A DNA stretch of 30,213 nt from NCBI GenBank assembly GCA_024404475.1, contig JAKSPV010000001.1, positions 1 to 30,213 on the forward strand. The letters run 5' to 3'. The translations under genes were made by a program, and so were the position numbers. The notes beneath the pieces are model-generated. The model had not been told where the DNA came from. It saw only the letters and a program-made list of their open reading frames with translations, and did no database searches. Of the stretch, positions 17,135 to 25,791 are shown piece after piece; positions within the stretch are counted from its first letter, which is position 1, and every line of letters begins with the position of its first letter. The DNA is from Clostridia bacterium. GTDB taxonomy: Bacteria > Bacillota > Clostridia > Oscillospirales > CAG-272.

Positions 17135-18957
17135 TTCGTGTTTCTGCCTCCTTTCAGCGAGCCGCAGCCGTAGTGATCGCACCGCAGGCAGCGCGAGCAT
17201 TCCTGCATCGCTTCCTCGCGGCTGATCGGTTTTTCCATAAGATCGAAATCGTCTTTTCTGTCTTCGGCGTCGCGTTCCGTGTTCGTCACGCGCCCTGCGG
17301 CGGGCTTGAATTTGTACGTGGGCGCAGGAATATCAACGAGCGACGAAATGTCGGTGTGACAGCCGAGATAGCCGTCAATGTTCGCCGCGGCGACCTTGCC
17401 GGCCTCGATCGCGCGGATGACCGTCGCGGGACCGGAAACGCAGTCACCGCCGGTGAAGACACCTGCGCAATCGGCAGCGGCACCGGCCTTATCTGCGGTG
17501 AAAGCGCCGCGGTTGACCGCCATGCCGGCGGCGGCAAACGGCTTCGAGTCGATCGCCTGACCGATCGCCACGATGATGACGTCGGCAGGAATTTTTTCTT
17601 CGGGCGCGTCCGCGTCATACGGCTTCGGACGGCCACGGTCGACCTCGCCGATCACCTGCGGCTGGACAACGAGTGCGGTGACGTTTCCGTCTCTGTCCGC
17701 CTCAATGCGGACGGGTGCCTTGAGCGGCACGATCTCGCAGCCCTCGGCCATCGCGCCTTCTACCTCTTCGGGAAGCGCGGTCATGTCTTCCACACGGCGG
17801 CGGTAGACACATCTGACCGACTTCGCACCGAGACGCATCGAAGTGCGCGTGACGTCCATGGCGACGTTGCCGCCGCCGACCACGATGACGTTCTTGCCCG
17901 TGAAGTCGGGCTTGTTCCCGTCGCCGATCGAGCCGAGCAGTTCCACGGCGGAGATGACGCCGCGGGAATCCTCGCCGTCGATGCCGAGTTTCTTGTCGGC
18001 GTGCGCACCGATCGAAACGTATACCGCGTCGTAGCCGGCGCGGAGCTCGTCAAACGGAATATCTTTCCCGACGCTGACGCCGAGTTTCACTTCAATGCCG
18101 AGCGAGAGGATGACGTCGATGTCGGCGTCAAGATACGCGTCAGGCAGACGGTAGCAGGGAATACCGTAGCGGAGCATGCCGCCGAGGCGCTGGCGTTTCT
18201 CGAAAACGGTAACGCTGTGTCCCATCAGCGAGAGGAAATACGCCGCGGTAAGTCCTGCGGGGCCGCCGCCGACGACGGCAACGGTCTTGCCCGTCGCGGG
18301 TGCCTTTGCGGGTGCGGGAACGACGCCGGCATTGTCAACGGCGTAGCGTTTCAGTCCGCGGATGTTGATCGGTGCATCCACGAGCGAGCGGCGGCAGTGC
18401 GCCTCGCACGGATGTTCGCAGATCAGTCCGCAGACGGACGGGAACGGATTGTCCTTGCGGATCACGCGGACGGCGTCGGCAAAGCGGCCCTCGCCGGTGA
18501 GCGCGATATAGGCGGGAATATCAACGTGCGCCGGGCACTCCGCCGAGCAGGGAACGGCGGCGAAGTCCGCGGTGCAGCGGTTCTTTGTCAGATGAGAGAG
18601 ATAGTCGTCACGGAAGGCGGCCATGCCGTCCAGAACGAGCTTCGCGGCCTCAAAACCGATCGCGCAGTCGGAGGAATCGGCGATGGCGCGTGCGGTGCGC
18701 TCGATGAGCGCGAGGTCTTCGGTGCTGCCTTCGCCGTCGAGCAGCGCGTCGATCAGCGCGGCGAGTCGGTCAAGACCGACACGGCAGGGAACACATTTGC
18801 CGCAGCTTTGGGCGAGACACAGTTTCAGGAAAGCGGAGGTCAGTTCGACGGGGCAGTTGCCTACGGGCGACGCGCCGATCCGGCGGCTGAGCGAATCGTA
18901 AAGGCCGCGGACGGTCTTTTCCGCACGGCTCTGCTGCGTGATTTCAAGTCTGTTCAT
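17128..18957 (-). CDS. GltD/NfnB-like FeS flavoprotein with an N-terminal NuoF-type 4Fe-4S module; hydrogenase partner subunit
   Basis: Start re-called at ATG 18957. SCGKCVPCR..DCAIG; PCSAECP..NPFPSVCGLICEHPCEAHC; GGGPAG (FAD); GGGNVA and YRRR (NADP-type); C-terminal CSRCLRC. Overlaps the hydA start by 7 nt. Confidence 0.9.
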   Translation of the reverse strand: MNRLEITQQSRAEKTVRGLYDSLSRRIGASPVGNCPVELTSAFLKLCLAQSCGKCVPCRVGLDRLAALIDALLDGEGSTEDLALIERTARAIADSSDCAIGFEAAKLVLDGMAAFRDDYLSHLTKNRCTADFAAVPCSAECPAHVDIPAYIALTGEGRFADAVRVIRKDNPFPSVCGLICEHPCEAHCRRSLVDAPINIRGLKRYAVDNAGVVPAPAKAPATGKTVAVVGGGPAGLTAAYFLSLMGHSVTVFEKRQRLGGMLRYGIPCYRLPDAYLDADIDVILSLGIEVKLGVSVGKDIPFDELRAGYDAVYVSIGAHADKKLGIDGEDSRGVISAVELLGSIGDGNKPDFTGKNVIVVGGGNVAMDVTRTSMRLGAKSVRCVYRRRVEDMTALPEEVEGAMAEGCEIVPLKAPVRIEADRDGNVTALVVQPQVIGEVDRGRPKPYDADAPEEKIPADVIIVAIGQAIDSKPFAAAGMAVNRGAFTADKAGAAADCAGVFTGGDCVSGPATVIRAIEAGKVAAANIDGYLGCHTDISSLVDIPAPTYKFKPAAGRVTNTERDAEDRKDDFDLMEKPISREEAMQECSRCLRCDHYGCGSLKGGRNTKW

Positions 18958-18991
18958 AAAAGGAGCTCCTTTTGATGTAACGATCAACAAT

Positions 18992-19020
18992 ATAATGCCA
19001 CAAACCGCGCCAAAATGCAA
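18992..19020 (-). promoter_or_regulatory. Putative promoter of the hydrogenase operon
   Basis: Minus strand TTGCAT-17 nt-CATTAT with a TGn extension. Confidence 0.55.
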
Positions 19021-19070
19021 GAGATATGACGACTTTTGCGCGCTTTTGTTCGGAAATGGCAAAAAGAAAA

Positions 19071-19095
19071 CGGCATCTCCCGGGGGGAGATGCCG
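19071..19095 (-). terminator. Intrinsic terminator closing the PHP/BMP/ARH operon
   Basis: cggcatctccc-3 nt-gggagatgccg, followed on the minus strand by ttttcttttt. Confidence 0.85.
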
Positions 19096-19113
19096 ATTGT
19101 CTTTCGGAAATGT

Positions 19114-20490
19114 TCAGAGAGCACCGAGCCGCACGGTCTTTTTTGCCAGAGCGCGGATCGAGACTTTCTTGATCTTGCGCATGTACGTGATCAGCTCGTC
19201 ACCGATCGGATCGCGCCATGCGGCGGGAACGTTCTTCCGGGAGGCGATCGCTACGACGCTGGCGATCTGCGCGGCGTTGCAGTCCACGTCGTAGCCCTGC
19301 ATCGCGCTGATATGCATCGTCTCGTCGAAATCGCCCTCGCCGAACCAGAGCGCCACGACTTCCGCGGCAGCGTTCGGGTAGGCGTGGATCCAGTTGTACC
19401 GTTCGTAGCGTTTTTCGCAGACCGCCCACGCTTCCTGCCACGTACCGTGCGTCCGGCACTGTTCGAGCGCAAAGCGGACGACGGAGGCGTATTCGCTTTT
19501 CTCCGGGATCAGGGAGACGGCCTCTTCGACGATCTCGCGGACGTCCGTCTTGACGTAGGCGAGCGACACGAGCACCGCGTTGAAGACTTCGCCGAGCACG
19601 CCGTTGTTGTGGTGGGAGACCTGTCCGTCGGTAAACGCCAGCTTCGCCGCGAGATACGGATCACCGGGCGCGACCATGCCGCACACGGCGCCGCGCATCT
19701 GTGCGCCGATCCATTCGCGGTAGGGGTTGTTGCATCTGCCGCTCTCCGGCGGGAAAATGCCGAGTTTCAGATTTTGCAGCGCACGGTCTTCCGCCGACCA
19801 GCCGGCGGGGATGAGCGCCACCCACTGTCCGGCGATATCCGCCGAGGTGAGCCCTTTGCCGCTCTTTTCGAGCGCCTCGAGAAACGCGAGCTCATAGGTG
19901 ATGTCATCGTTGTAGGTGTTCGGCTTGCGGACGTAGCCGCGGATATCGCCGAAGACCTTTTCGATGTTTTCCTTCGTGTAGCCCTCGATCGCCGTGCCGA
20001 GCGCACCGCCGCAGATCTGTGCGATCCAGCCGTAGTACGTCAGTTCCTCGTAGAGCGGGGAAGACGTGTCGAAATCGTACCGGCGGGGAGAAACGTCTTT
20101 CTCGTAATCCTCAAACGATTCGTACTGTCTGTATTGCCAATAGGGATGCGACGGGATCTTCGGGGCGATGTTCAGAAGACGGAAAACTTCGGCGGCGAGA
20201 CGCATCATCTCGGCGTAGTCTTTCTTTTCCACAGCCGCGGCGCCGGCGTCAATCAGCTTTTCCACCTCGGAGACGTCGTAGCCCATGTTCTCCATGTCCT
20301 GCATGGCGGCAACGATAACGTGCTCGGTCGCACCGGAGCCGGGGACGTTGCTGTGCCAGAGAAGCTCTGCCGCGCGGTTTTGCTCAAGAGCGGAATCTTC
20401 ACAGTCCTTCCAGCCCTGCTCCTCTTCTTCGAGGACGACGGGAATGGAGGTCCGCATCGTTTCGCATTCGATTTCCCATGCTTTTTTCAT
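19114..20490 (-). CDS. ADP-ribosylglycohydrolase (ARH/DraG superfamily) with a ~140-aa N-terminal extension
   Basis: GWIAQICGGALGTAIEG, NDDITYE (TDD-like), WIGAQMR, DGQVSH, GYDVDCNAAQ (DxD metal motif). Confidence 0.85.
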   Translation of the reverse strand: MKKAWEIECETMRTSIPVVLEEEEQGWKDCEDSALEQNRAAELLWHSNVPGSGATEHVIVAAMQDMENMGYDVSEVEKLIDAGAAAVEKKDYAEMMRLAAEVFRLLNIAPKIPSHPYWQYRQYESFEDYEKDVSPRRYDFDTSSPLYEELTYYGWIAQICGGALGTAIEGYTKENIEKVFGDIRGYVRKPNTYNDDITYELAFLEALEKSGKGLTSADIAGQWVALIPAGWSAEDRALQNLKLGIFPPESGRCNNPYREWIGAQMRGAVCGMVAPGDPYLAAKLAFTDGQVSHHNNGVLGEVFNAVLVSLAYVKTDVREIVEEAVSLIPEKSEYASVVRFALEQCRTHGTWQEAWAVCEKRYERYNWIHAYPNAAAEVVALWFGEGDFDETMHISAMQGYDVDCNAAQIASVVAIASRKNVPAAWRDPIGDELITYMRKIKKVSIRALAKKTVRLGAL

Positions 20491-20499
20491 ATTGGTTCC

Positions 20500-21408
20500 T
20501 TACTTTTCCTTTTTGTTTTTGTTGATGACCGCGTAGATGACGAGCGCCGCGATCGTCATGAGATAGGGCAGCGTGTTGAGCAGCTCGTAGGGGAACGTCA
20601 GAACGGTCTGCGCCCCCACGGAGAAGTAGTCCACCGCACCGAACAGGAGTGAGAAAAACGCGGTGCGCCAGGGACTGCCGAGCCCCATCGCCTCCGCCGC
20701 GATGCCGATAAAGCCGCGGCCGGCGACCATGCCCGCCGAGAAATACTGCAGGTAGCTCATCGAGAGGAAAGCGCCGCCGAGACCGGCGAACACGCCGCAG
20801 ATGATGAGCGCCTTGACCTTGACGACCCTCGTCCGGATGCCGACGCTTTCGGCAACCGCGGGGTTGAAGCCGGTCGCCTTGATCTCCGTGCCGAGCTTCG
20901 TTCTGCGGAGCAGGAACGAGAGGAAGATCGCCGCGAGAATGGCCACGTAGAAGAGAACGCTCTGGTCGAAAAGCAGTTTCCCGATGACGGGAATATCGCG
21001 CAAAACGGGAATGGAGATTTTCGGGATGGCAACGGCCGCCGCGGCGGACGAGTCACCCTTGACGCCGAGCACGGCGTAGAGCACGTAAACGCTGAGACCC
21101 GTTGCCAGCGTGTTGAGCGCGATACCGGAAAGGAAACTGTCCGTCCGGAGCCGCAGCGCGGCGAGCGCGAGCAGCAGCGACATGAGAACGCCGACGGCCG
21201 CCGCGGTCAGAAGACCGAGCACCCAGCTGTTCGTAAAGTGGCTGACGAGCGTGCCGCAGACGGCGGCGACGGACATGCTGCCTTCAATGTTGATGTTGAC
21301 GATGCCGGCACGGTTCGAGATCAGCGCCGCGAACGCCGCGAATACGATCGGCAGCGCGAACATCACGGAACTCAGAAGAAAATCTTCGCTGAAAATAAAT
21401 CCGATCAT
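20500..21408 (-). CDS. ABC transporter permease (BPD_transp_2, nucleoside/BMP type)
   Basis: RAGIVNINIEG, RTKLG.EIKATGFNP, GVFAGLGGAFLS, AGRGFIGIAA, LPYLMTI. Confidence 0.92.
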   Translation of the reverse strand: MIGFIFSEDFLLSSVMFALPIVFAAFAALISNRAGIVNINIEGSMSVAAVCGTLVSHFTNSWVLGLLTAAAVGVLMSLLLALAALRLRTDSFLSGIALNTLATGLSVYVLYAVLGVKGDSSAAAAVAIPKISIPVLRDIPVIGKLLFDQSVLFYVAILAAIFLSFLLRRTKLGTEIKATGFNPAVAESVGIRTRVVKVKALIICGVFAGLGGAFLSMSYLQYFSAGMVAGRGFIGIAAEAMGLGSPWRTAFFSLLFGAVDYFSVGAQTVLTFPYELLNTLPYLMTIAALVIYAVINKNKKEK

Positions 21409-22493
21409 TTCGCCGCCTCCGTTTTCTTCCGGGAGAACTTCATATCCCAGAGGAATTTCGCGCCGAACAGAATGATGATCACGCCCTGGATGATGTAGAT
21501 GATCTCATTCTGCACGTCAGTATAAAGCGACATCTGCTGCGCACCGACGCGGAGGTACGCGAGGAAGAGCGACGCCAGCGGGACGAGCGCGGGATTGTTC
21601 CGCGCCATGATCGCGATGACGAACCCGTCGAAACCGTAGTTCGGCAGGGCTCTCCAAGAGAAGCGGTAATAGTTGCCGAGCAGGTACACGCCGCCGCCGA
21701 AGCCGGAAAGACCGGCGCCGATGAGCTGGCTGTACACGACGACGGAGCCCGTCCCGATGCCGACGTAAGACGCGAACTGCGGGTTGTCGCCGGTCATGCG
21801 GATCGCATAGCCCCATTTGGTCTTGTAGAGGAACAGCGCACCGAGAACGGCCGCCAGAACGGCAAAGAGAATGCCGACGGAGAGCTCGTTGTCCTGATTC
21901 AGAAACGGCAGCTTGGCGTAGTCCTCGAGATATTTCGTGACGTTGGTGTTGTCGGGATCACCGCAGACGTTGTTGACGAAATAAAGGACGACCCAGAGCA
22001 CGACGTAGTTAAGCATCAGCGAGGAAACGAACTCGTCCACGCCGAGCGCGGCTTTGAGTTTGGCGGGGATGTAGCCGATGAGGACGGCTGCGAGCGTGCC
22101 GCAGAGGATGCAGAAGAGCGGGACGAGGAACGAGGAACCCTCGCTTGCCAGCTCCGGCGCGAGAACGGCGGCGACGAAGGCGCCGACGAAGAATCCGCCC
22201 TCGACGAACATGTTGAACTGACCGGCGCGGGACATGATCGACACCGCGACACCCGTGAACATCAGCGGGATCGACTCGGTAAGCACGCGGCTGAGCGTGT
22301 AGCTGTCTTCAAACGGGGAAGTGAGGAAAACGCGGACGGTCTCGAAGGAGCCCTTGCCCGCGACGAGGATCACGGCGACGGCGAATGCCAGCGAAAGCGC
22401 GAGCATGACGAGCGTCTTTGCGATCTCGCCGAGAACGCTTTTCGCTTCCTGCCCGGAAACACAGCGGCGGAAGCGGTCAATGATATCAACCAT
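21405..22493 (-). CDS. ABC transporter permease (BPD_transp_2, nucleoside/BMP type)
   Basis: Start re-called at ATG 22493 (RBS GGAGGT). RAGQFNMFVEG, DEFVSSLMLNY, TKWGYAIRMTGDNP, YGFDGFVIA. Confidence 0.92.
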   Translation of the reverse strand: MVDIIDRFRRCVSGQEAKSVLGEIAKTLVMLALSLAFAVAVILVAGKGSFETVRVFLTSPFEDSYTLSRVLTESIPLMFTGVAVSIMSRAGQFNMFVEGGFFVGAFVAAVLAPELASEGSSFLVPLFCILCGTLAAVLIGYIPAKLKAALGVDEFVSSLMLNYVVLWVVLYFVNNVCGDPDNTNVTKYLEDYAKLPFLNQDNELSVGILFAVLAAVLGALFLYKTKWGYAIRMTGDNPQFASYVGIGTGSVVVYSQLIGAGLSGFGGGVYLLGNYYRFSWRALPNYGFDGFVIAIMARNNPALVPLASLFLAYLRVGAQQMSLYTDVQNEIIYIIQGVIIILFGAKFLWDMKFSRKKTEAAK

Positions 22494-24009
22494 GCTGCAC
22501 CTCCATACGTTCCAGACCGAGCATATACCGGCCGAGCTGTACCTCGTCAACGGAAGAAACGTCCGTGATATCGGCGGTGATCTCGCCGTCGTGGAAGACG
22601 ATGATCCGGTCCGCGAGACTGAACACCTCGGCGAGATCGGCGGAAACGAGGATCACGGCTTTGCCTGCGTCGCGCATGGCGACGATGCGTTTGTGGATCG
22701 TCTCGATCGCGCCGATATCGACGCCGCGCGTCGGCTGATCGGCGACGATGAGTGCGGGATCGCTGTCGAGCTCGCGTGCCACGACGACCTTCTGCATGTT
22801 GCCGCCGGAAAGCATGCCGATCTTCTGGTTCAGCGTGCCTTTGATGCCGTAGTCGGCGATCTGCCCGCAGCTTCTTTCCCGCAGCTTTTTCGTTTTGAGA
22901 AAACCGAGACGGCTGTTCTCGGCGTAGTCGAGCGCGATCAGATTGTCGCAGATCGACGCCGCCGTGTTGCAGCCCGTCGTCATGCGGTCTTCCGGAATGT
23001 GGGAGAGACCGAGTTTCCGGATCTTGCGGATCTTCATGCCGGCGACGTTCACCCCGCCGAAGCGGATTTCGCCGGTATATTTCCTGTTCAGCCCGCAGAC
23101 GGAGCGGACGACTTCGCGCTGACCGTTGCCCTCGACACCGGCGATACAGAGGATCTCGCCGCGGTGCGCCGAGAAACTGACGCCGCTGACGGCGTTCCTG
23201 CCGCCTTTGCCGCGTACCGTAAGGTCCGTGACCGTGAGCAGCGCCTCACCGGGCTGTGCCTTTTCTTTGTCCACCTTCATCTGCACGTCGCGCCCGACCA
23301 TGAGCCGGGAGATCTCCGCTTCGGAGACGTCGCTGATGTTGTAGACGCCGACGTTCTCGCCCTGCCGCATGATCGTCACGCGATCGCAGAGCGCCATGAT
23401 CTCTTTGAGTTTGTGGGTGATGATGATGATCGTGTAGCCGCTCTTTTTCAGAAGACGGAGCTGCCCGAAAAGCTGTTCGGTCTCCTGCGGCGTCAGAACG
23501 GCGGTCGGCTCATCGAGAATGAGGAGTTGCGCGCCGCGCGCCAGGACGGTCAGGATCTCGATCTTCTGCGCGGTGGAAGCGGAGACGTCGGCGGCGCGAG
23601 CCGTGAGATCGACGTGCATATCGTACTTCTCGCAGAGCTCCTCCGCACGGCGGATCATCTCTTTCTTTTTGAGGACGCCGAGGGCGTTTTTCTCCTCGAT
23701 GCCGAAGAAGATGTTTTCCCACGCGGTGAACTGACCGACCAGCATGAAATGCTGATAGACCATGCCGATGCCGAGCGCGCCTGCGGCGCGCGGCGAGTTG
23801 ATGCTGACTTTCCGACCGTCGAGAAAGATCTCGCCGTCGGCTTTTTCGGCGCCGTACAGCACTTTCATGATCGTGCTTTTGCCGGCTCCGTTTTCGCCTG
23901 CAATGGCGTGGATCTCACCCTTTTCGATGGAAAGATTCACGTTTTTGTTGGCAACGACACCGCTCGGGTAGACCTTCGTGATGCCGCGCATTTCGATGTA
24001 ACCGGACAT
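22486..24009 (-). CDS. ABC transporter ATP-binding protein, tandem NBD (CUT2/NupA type)
   Basis: GENGAGKST, GMVYQHF, ILDEPTAVLTPQE, GVEGNGQ, LSGGNMQKVV, QPTRGVDIGA. Confidence 0.95.
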   Translation of the reverse strand: MSGYIEMRGITKVYPSGVVANKNVNLSIEKGEIHAIAGENGAGKSTIMKVLYGAEKADGEIFLDGRKVSINSPRAAGALGIGMVYQHFMLVGQFTAWENIFFGIEEKNALGVLKKKEMIRRAEELCEKYDMHVDLTARAADVSASTAQKIEILTVLARGAQLLILDEPTAVLTPQETEQLFGQLRLLKKSGYTIIIITHKLKEIMALCDRVTIMRQGENVGVYNISDVSEAEISRLMVGRDVQMKVDKEKAQPGEALLTVTDLTVRGKGGRNAVSGVSFSAHRGEILCIAGVEGNGQREVVRSVCGLNRKYTGEIRFGGVNVAGMKIRKIRKLGLSHIPEDRMTTGCNTAASICDNLIALDYAENSRLGFLKTKKLRERSCGQIADYGIKGTLNQKIGMLSGGNMQKVVVARELDSDPALIVADQPTRGVDIGAIETIHKRIVAMRDAGKAVILVSADLAEVFSLADRIIVFHDGEITADITDVSSVDEVQLGRYMLGLERMEVQHG

Positions 24010-24011
24010 TT

Positions 24012-25181
24012 TTATTTGGACGGGTCGAGTCTGTCAAACAGCGCGTTGAGATCGGCGGAAGACGTATAGCGTTTCAGACCGCTCTGCACGGTCAGCTCGC
24101 CGGAGACGATCTTCGCGGCAACGTCCGCGAGATACGCTCTGTTTTCTTCGGAAACGAGGGCACGGAAGTTTTCATTGTCCGCGTAGCCGATCTTGCCGTC
24201 GGCAACGCCGAGGACTTCGAGGTCGCCGTAGGTCAGCGTGCCGGTCATGAACTTCTCGCACGCTTCGTAAAGTGTATCACCGACGCGCTTCTCGATCGAC
24301 GTGACGATGACGGCCGCCTTGTCGGGATCGGAATCCTTGTAGTAGGCGTACTGGTCGCTGTCGACGCCGATGATCGTCTTGCCGCCGAGCTTCGCCGCTT
24401 CGATGCAGCCGATGCCTGCCTGGCTGGCCGCTGCGAAGAGGATAGAAACGTCGTTGTTGTAGTAGGCCTGTGCAAGAGATTTGCCCTTCGGGCTGTCAAC
24501 GAAGTCGCCGATGAAGGCGTGGTAAGCGCCGATCGACGAGGACTTGTCGGCATTGACGGCTTCGACGCCCTGCATGAAGCCGGAGGCGAAGTCGTTGATG
24601 ATATCGTTCGCCGCACCGCCAATGAACGCGGTGTTGGCAGCGCCGCTTTCGAGCGACAGAAGTCCCGCGAGAACGCCGGCGAGATAGCCGCCCTCGTTCT
24701 GGCTGAACATGATGGAGTGTACGGTCGGATAGTCAGCCGCTTTACCGTCCTTGATCTCCGTGTCGAAAATCACGAAGCGGCGGTCGGCGTATTTCGATTT
24801 CTTCACGAGGCGCTGGAGCGGCTCGCGCATGTCAGTCGTGCCGACAATGATGAGATCGTATGCCTCAGCGGCGGTCTTGGCAAGGAGGGACTCATACACG
24901 GTCGCGTCGCTCGAACCCATTTCCACGATCTTCACTTCCGCTTCGGGGTGATCAGCCTGGAAGCGGAGCATGCCCTCGTTGGCGGAGTCCCAGAAGGACA
25001 TATCGCCGAGGTCGCCGTTGATGAGCAGCGCCACGCGGAATTTTCCGTCATCGAGAGAGGCAACGCCGGAAGAGGAGGGGTCGGAAGGCCCCGCGGGATC
25101 GTCGTCGCACGACACGAGGGATACGGCGAGAGCCGCCGTCATAAGAAGCGCCAGAAGAAGCGCGGTGATCTTTTTAAACAT
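24012..25181 (-). CDS. BMP family substrate-binding lipoprotein (PnrA/NupN/RfuA-like)
   Basis: Signal peptide ending LVS-C; GDLGDMSFWDSA, EGGYLAG, FAAASQAGIG, GVDSDQY, TSIEKRV. Confidence 0.92.
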   Translation of the reverse strand: MFKKITALLLALLMTAALAVSLVSCDDDPAGPSDPSSSGVASLDDGKFRVALLINGDLGDMSFWDSANEGMLRFQADHPEAEVKIVEMGSSDATVYESLLAKTAAEAYDLIIVGTTDMREPLQRLVKKSKYADRRFVIFDTEIKDGKAADYPTVHSIMFSQNEGGYLAGVLAGLLSLESGAANTAFIGGAANDIINDFASGFMQGVEAVNADKSSSIGAYHAFIGDFVDSPKGKSLAQAYYNNDVSILFAAASQAGIGCIEAAKLGGKTIIGVDSDQYAYYKDSDPDKAAVIVTSIEKRVGDTLYEACEKFMTGTLTYGDLEVLGVADGKIGYADNENFRALVSEENRAYLADVAAKIVSGELTVQSGLKRYTSSADLNALFDRLDPSK

Positions 25182-25241
25182 GTTCGTATACTCCTATGCA
25201 TCAAATACATCAAAAAACTTTTTGTCGGAAAAAGCCATAAG

Positions 25242-25269
25242 GCGGCGGAGCCCCGGGGGACTCCGCCGC
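25242..25269 (-). terminator. GC-rich intra-operon hairpin (partial terminator or mRNA stabiliser)
   Basis: gcggcggag-10 nt-ctccgccgc, 10 nt after the DUF4430 stop codon, with only a weak downstream U-tract. Confidence 0.5.
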
Positions 25270-25279
25270 GTCGCCGGAA

Positions 25280-25741
25280 TTACCAGACTACTTCTTCAAA
25301 GCTGTAAAGGAGGTAATCGCCTTCAAAGACGTGAACGTCGTTGCAGGCAAAGTTCGTGGGGTTGTTGCCGTTGTACTGCCACATCCAGTAGGTGTTGGTG
25401 TTCGCGTCGTTGACGTAGCTGCCGATGGAGGTCACGAAGCCGACTTCGAGGCCTTCCTGGGACAGTTCTTTTTCTTCAACGGCTGCCTTGAAGAACTCGG
25501 AAGCGTACAGCGTGTCGCTGGTGAGCTTCACAGTGCCGCAGTAGAGCACGGTGTCGCCGGCAACGATCTTGACGTTGGCGGTAACGGTGCCGGCCCATTC
25601 GGAATGGCCATCCACTTCGGAAACGGTCGTGTCGGTGCCGACTTCAAACGGTGCCTTCGGAGCTGCGGGTTCATTGTTGCAAGAGCAAGCGAGAACGCAA
25701 ACCATTGCAAGCACGAGGAACAGAGCGGTGAGTTTTTTCAT
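25280..25741 (-). CDS. Small lipoprotein with a DUF4430 (transcobalamin C-terminal-like) domain
   Basis: Signal peptide ending LACS-C. C-terminal GFVTSIGS...YWMWQYNG...D.HVFEGD pattern typical of DUF4430. RBS AAGGAG. Confidence 0.7.
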   Translation of the reverse strand: MKKLTALFLVLAMVCVLACSCNNEPAAPKAPFEVGTDTTVSEVDGHSEWAGTVTANVKIVAGDTVLYCGTVKLTSDTLYASEFFKAAVEEKELSQEGLEVGFVTSIGSYVNDANTNTYWMWQYNGNNPTNFACNDVHVFEGDYLLYSFEEVVW

Positions 25742-25791
25742 GGTACTTCTCCTTCAAAAAGTTTTTTATTTGATACGGCTTTTTGCCGTGA

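Noticed and set aside
18973-18990. Possible Rex operator (TGATGTAACGATCAACAA) at the hydrogenase promoter
   Set aside because: Only the right half resembles TTGTTAA-N4-TTAACAA (6/7); the left half matches 3/7, which is too weak to call.
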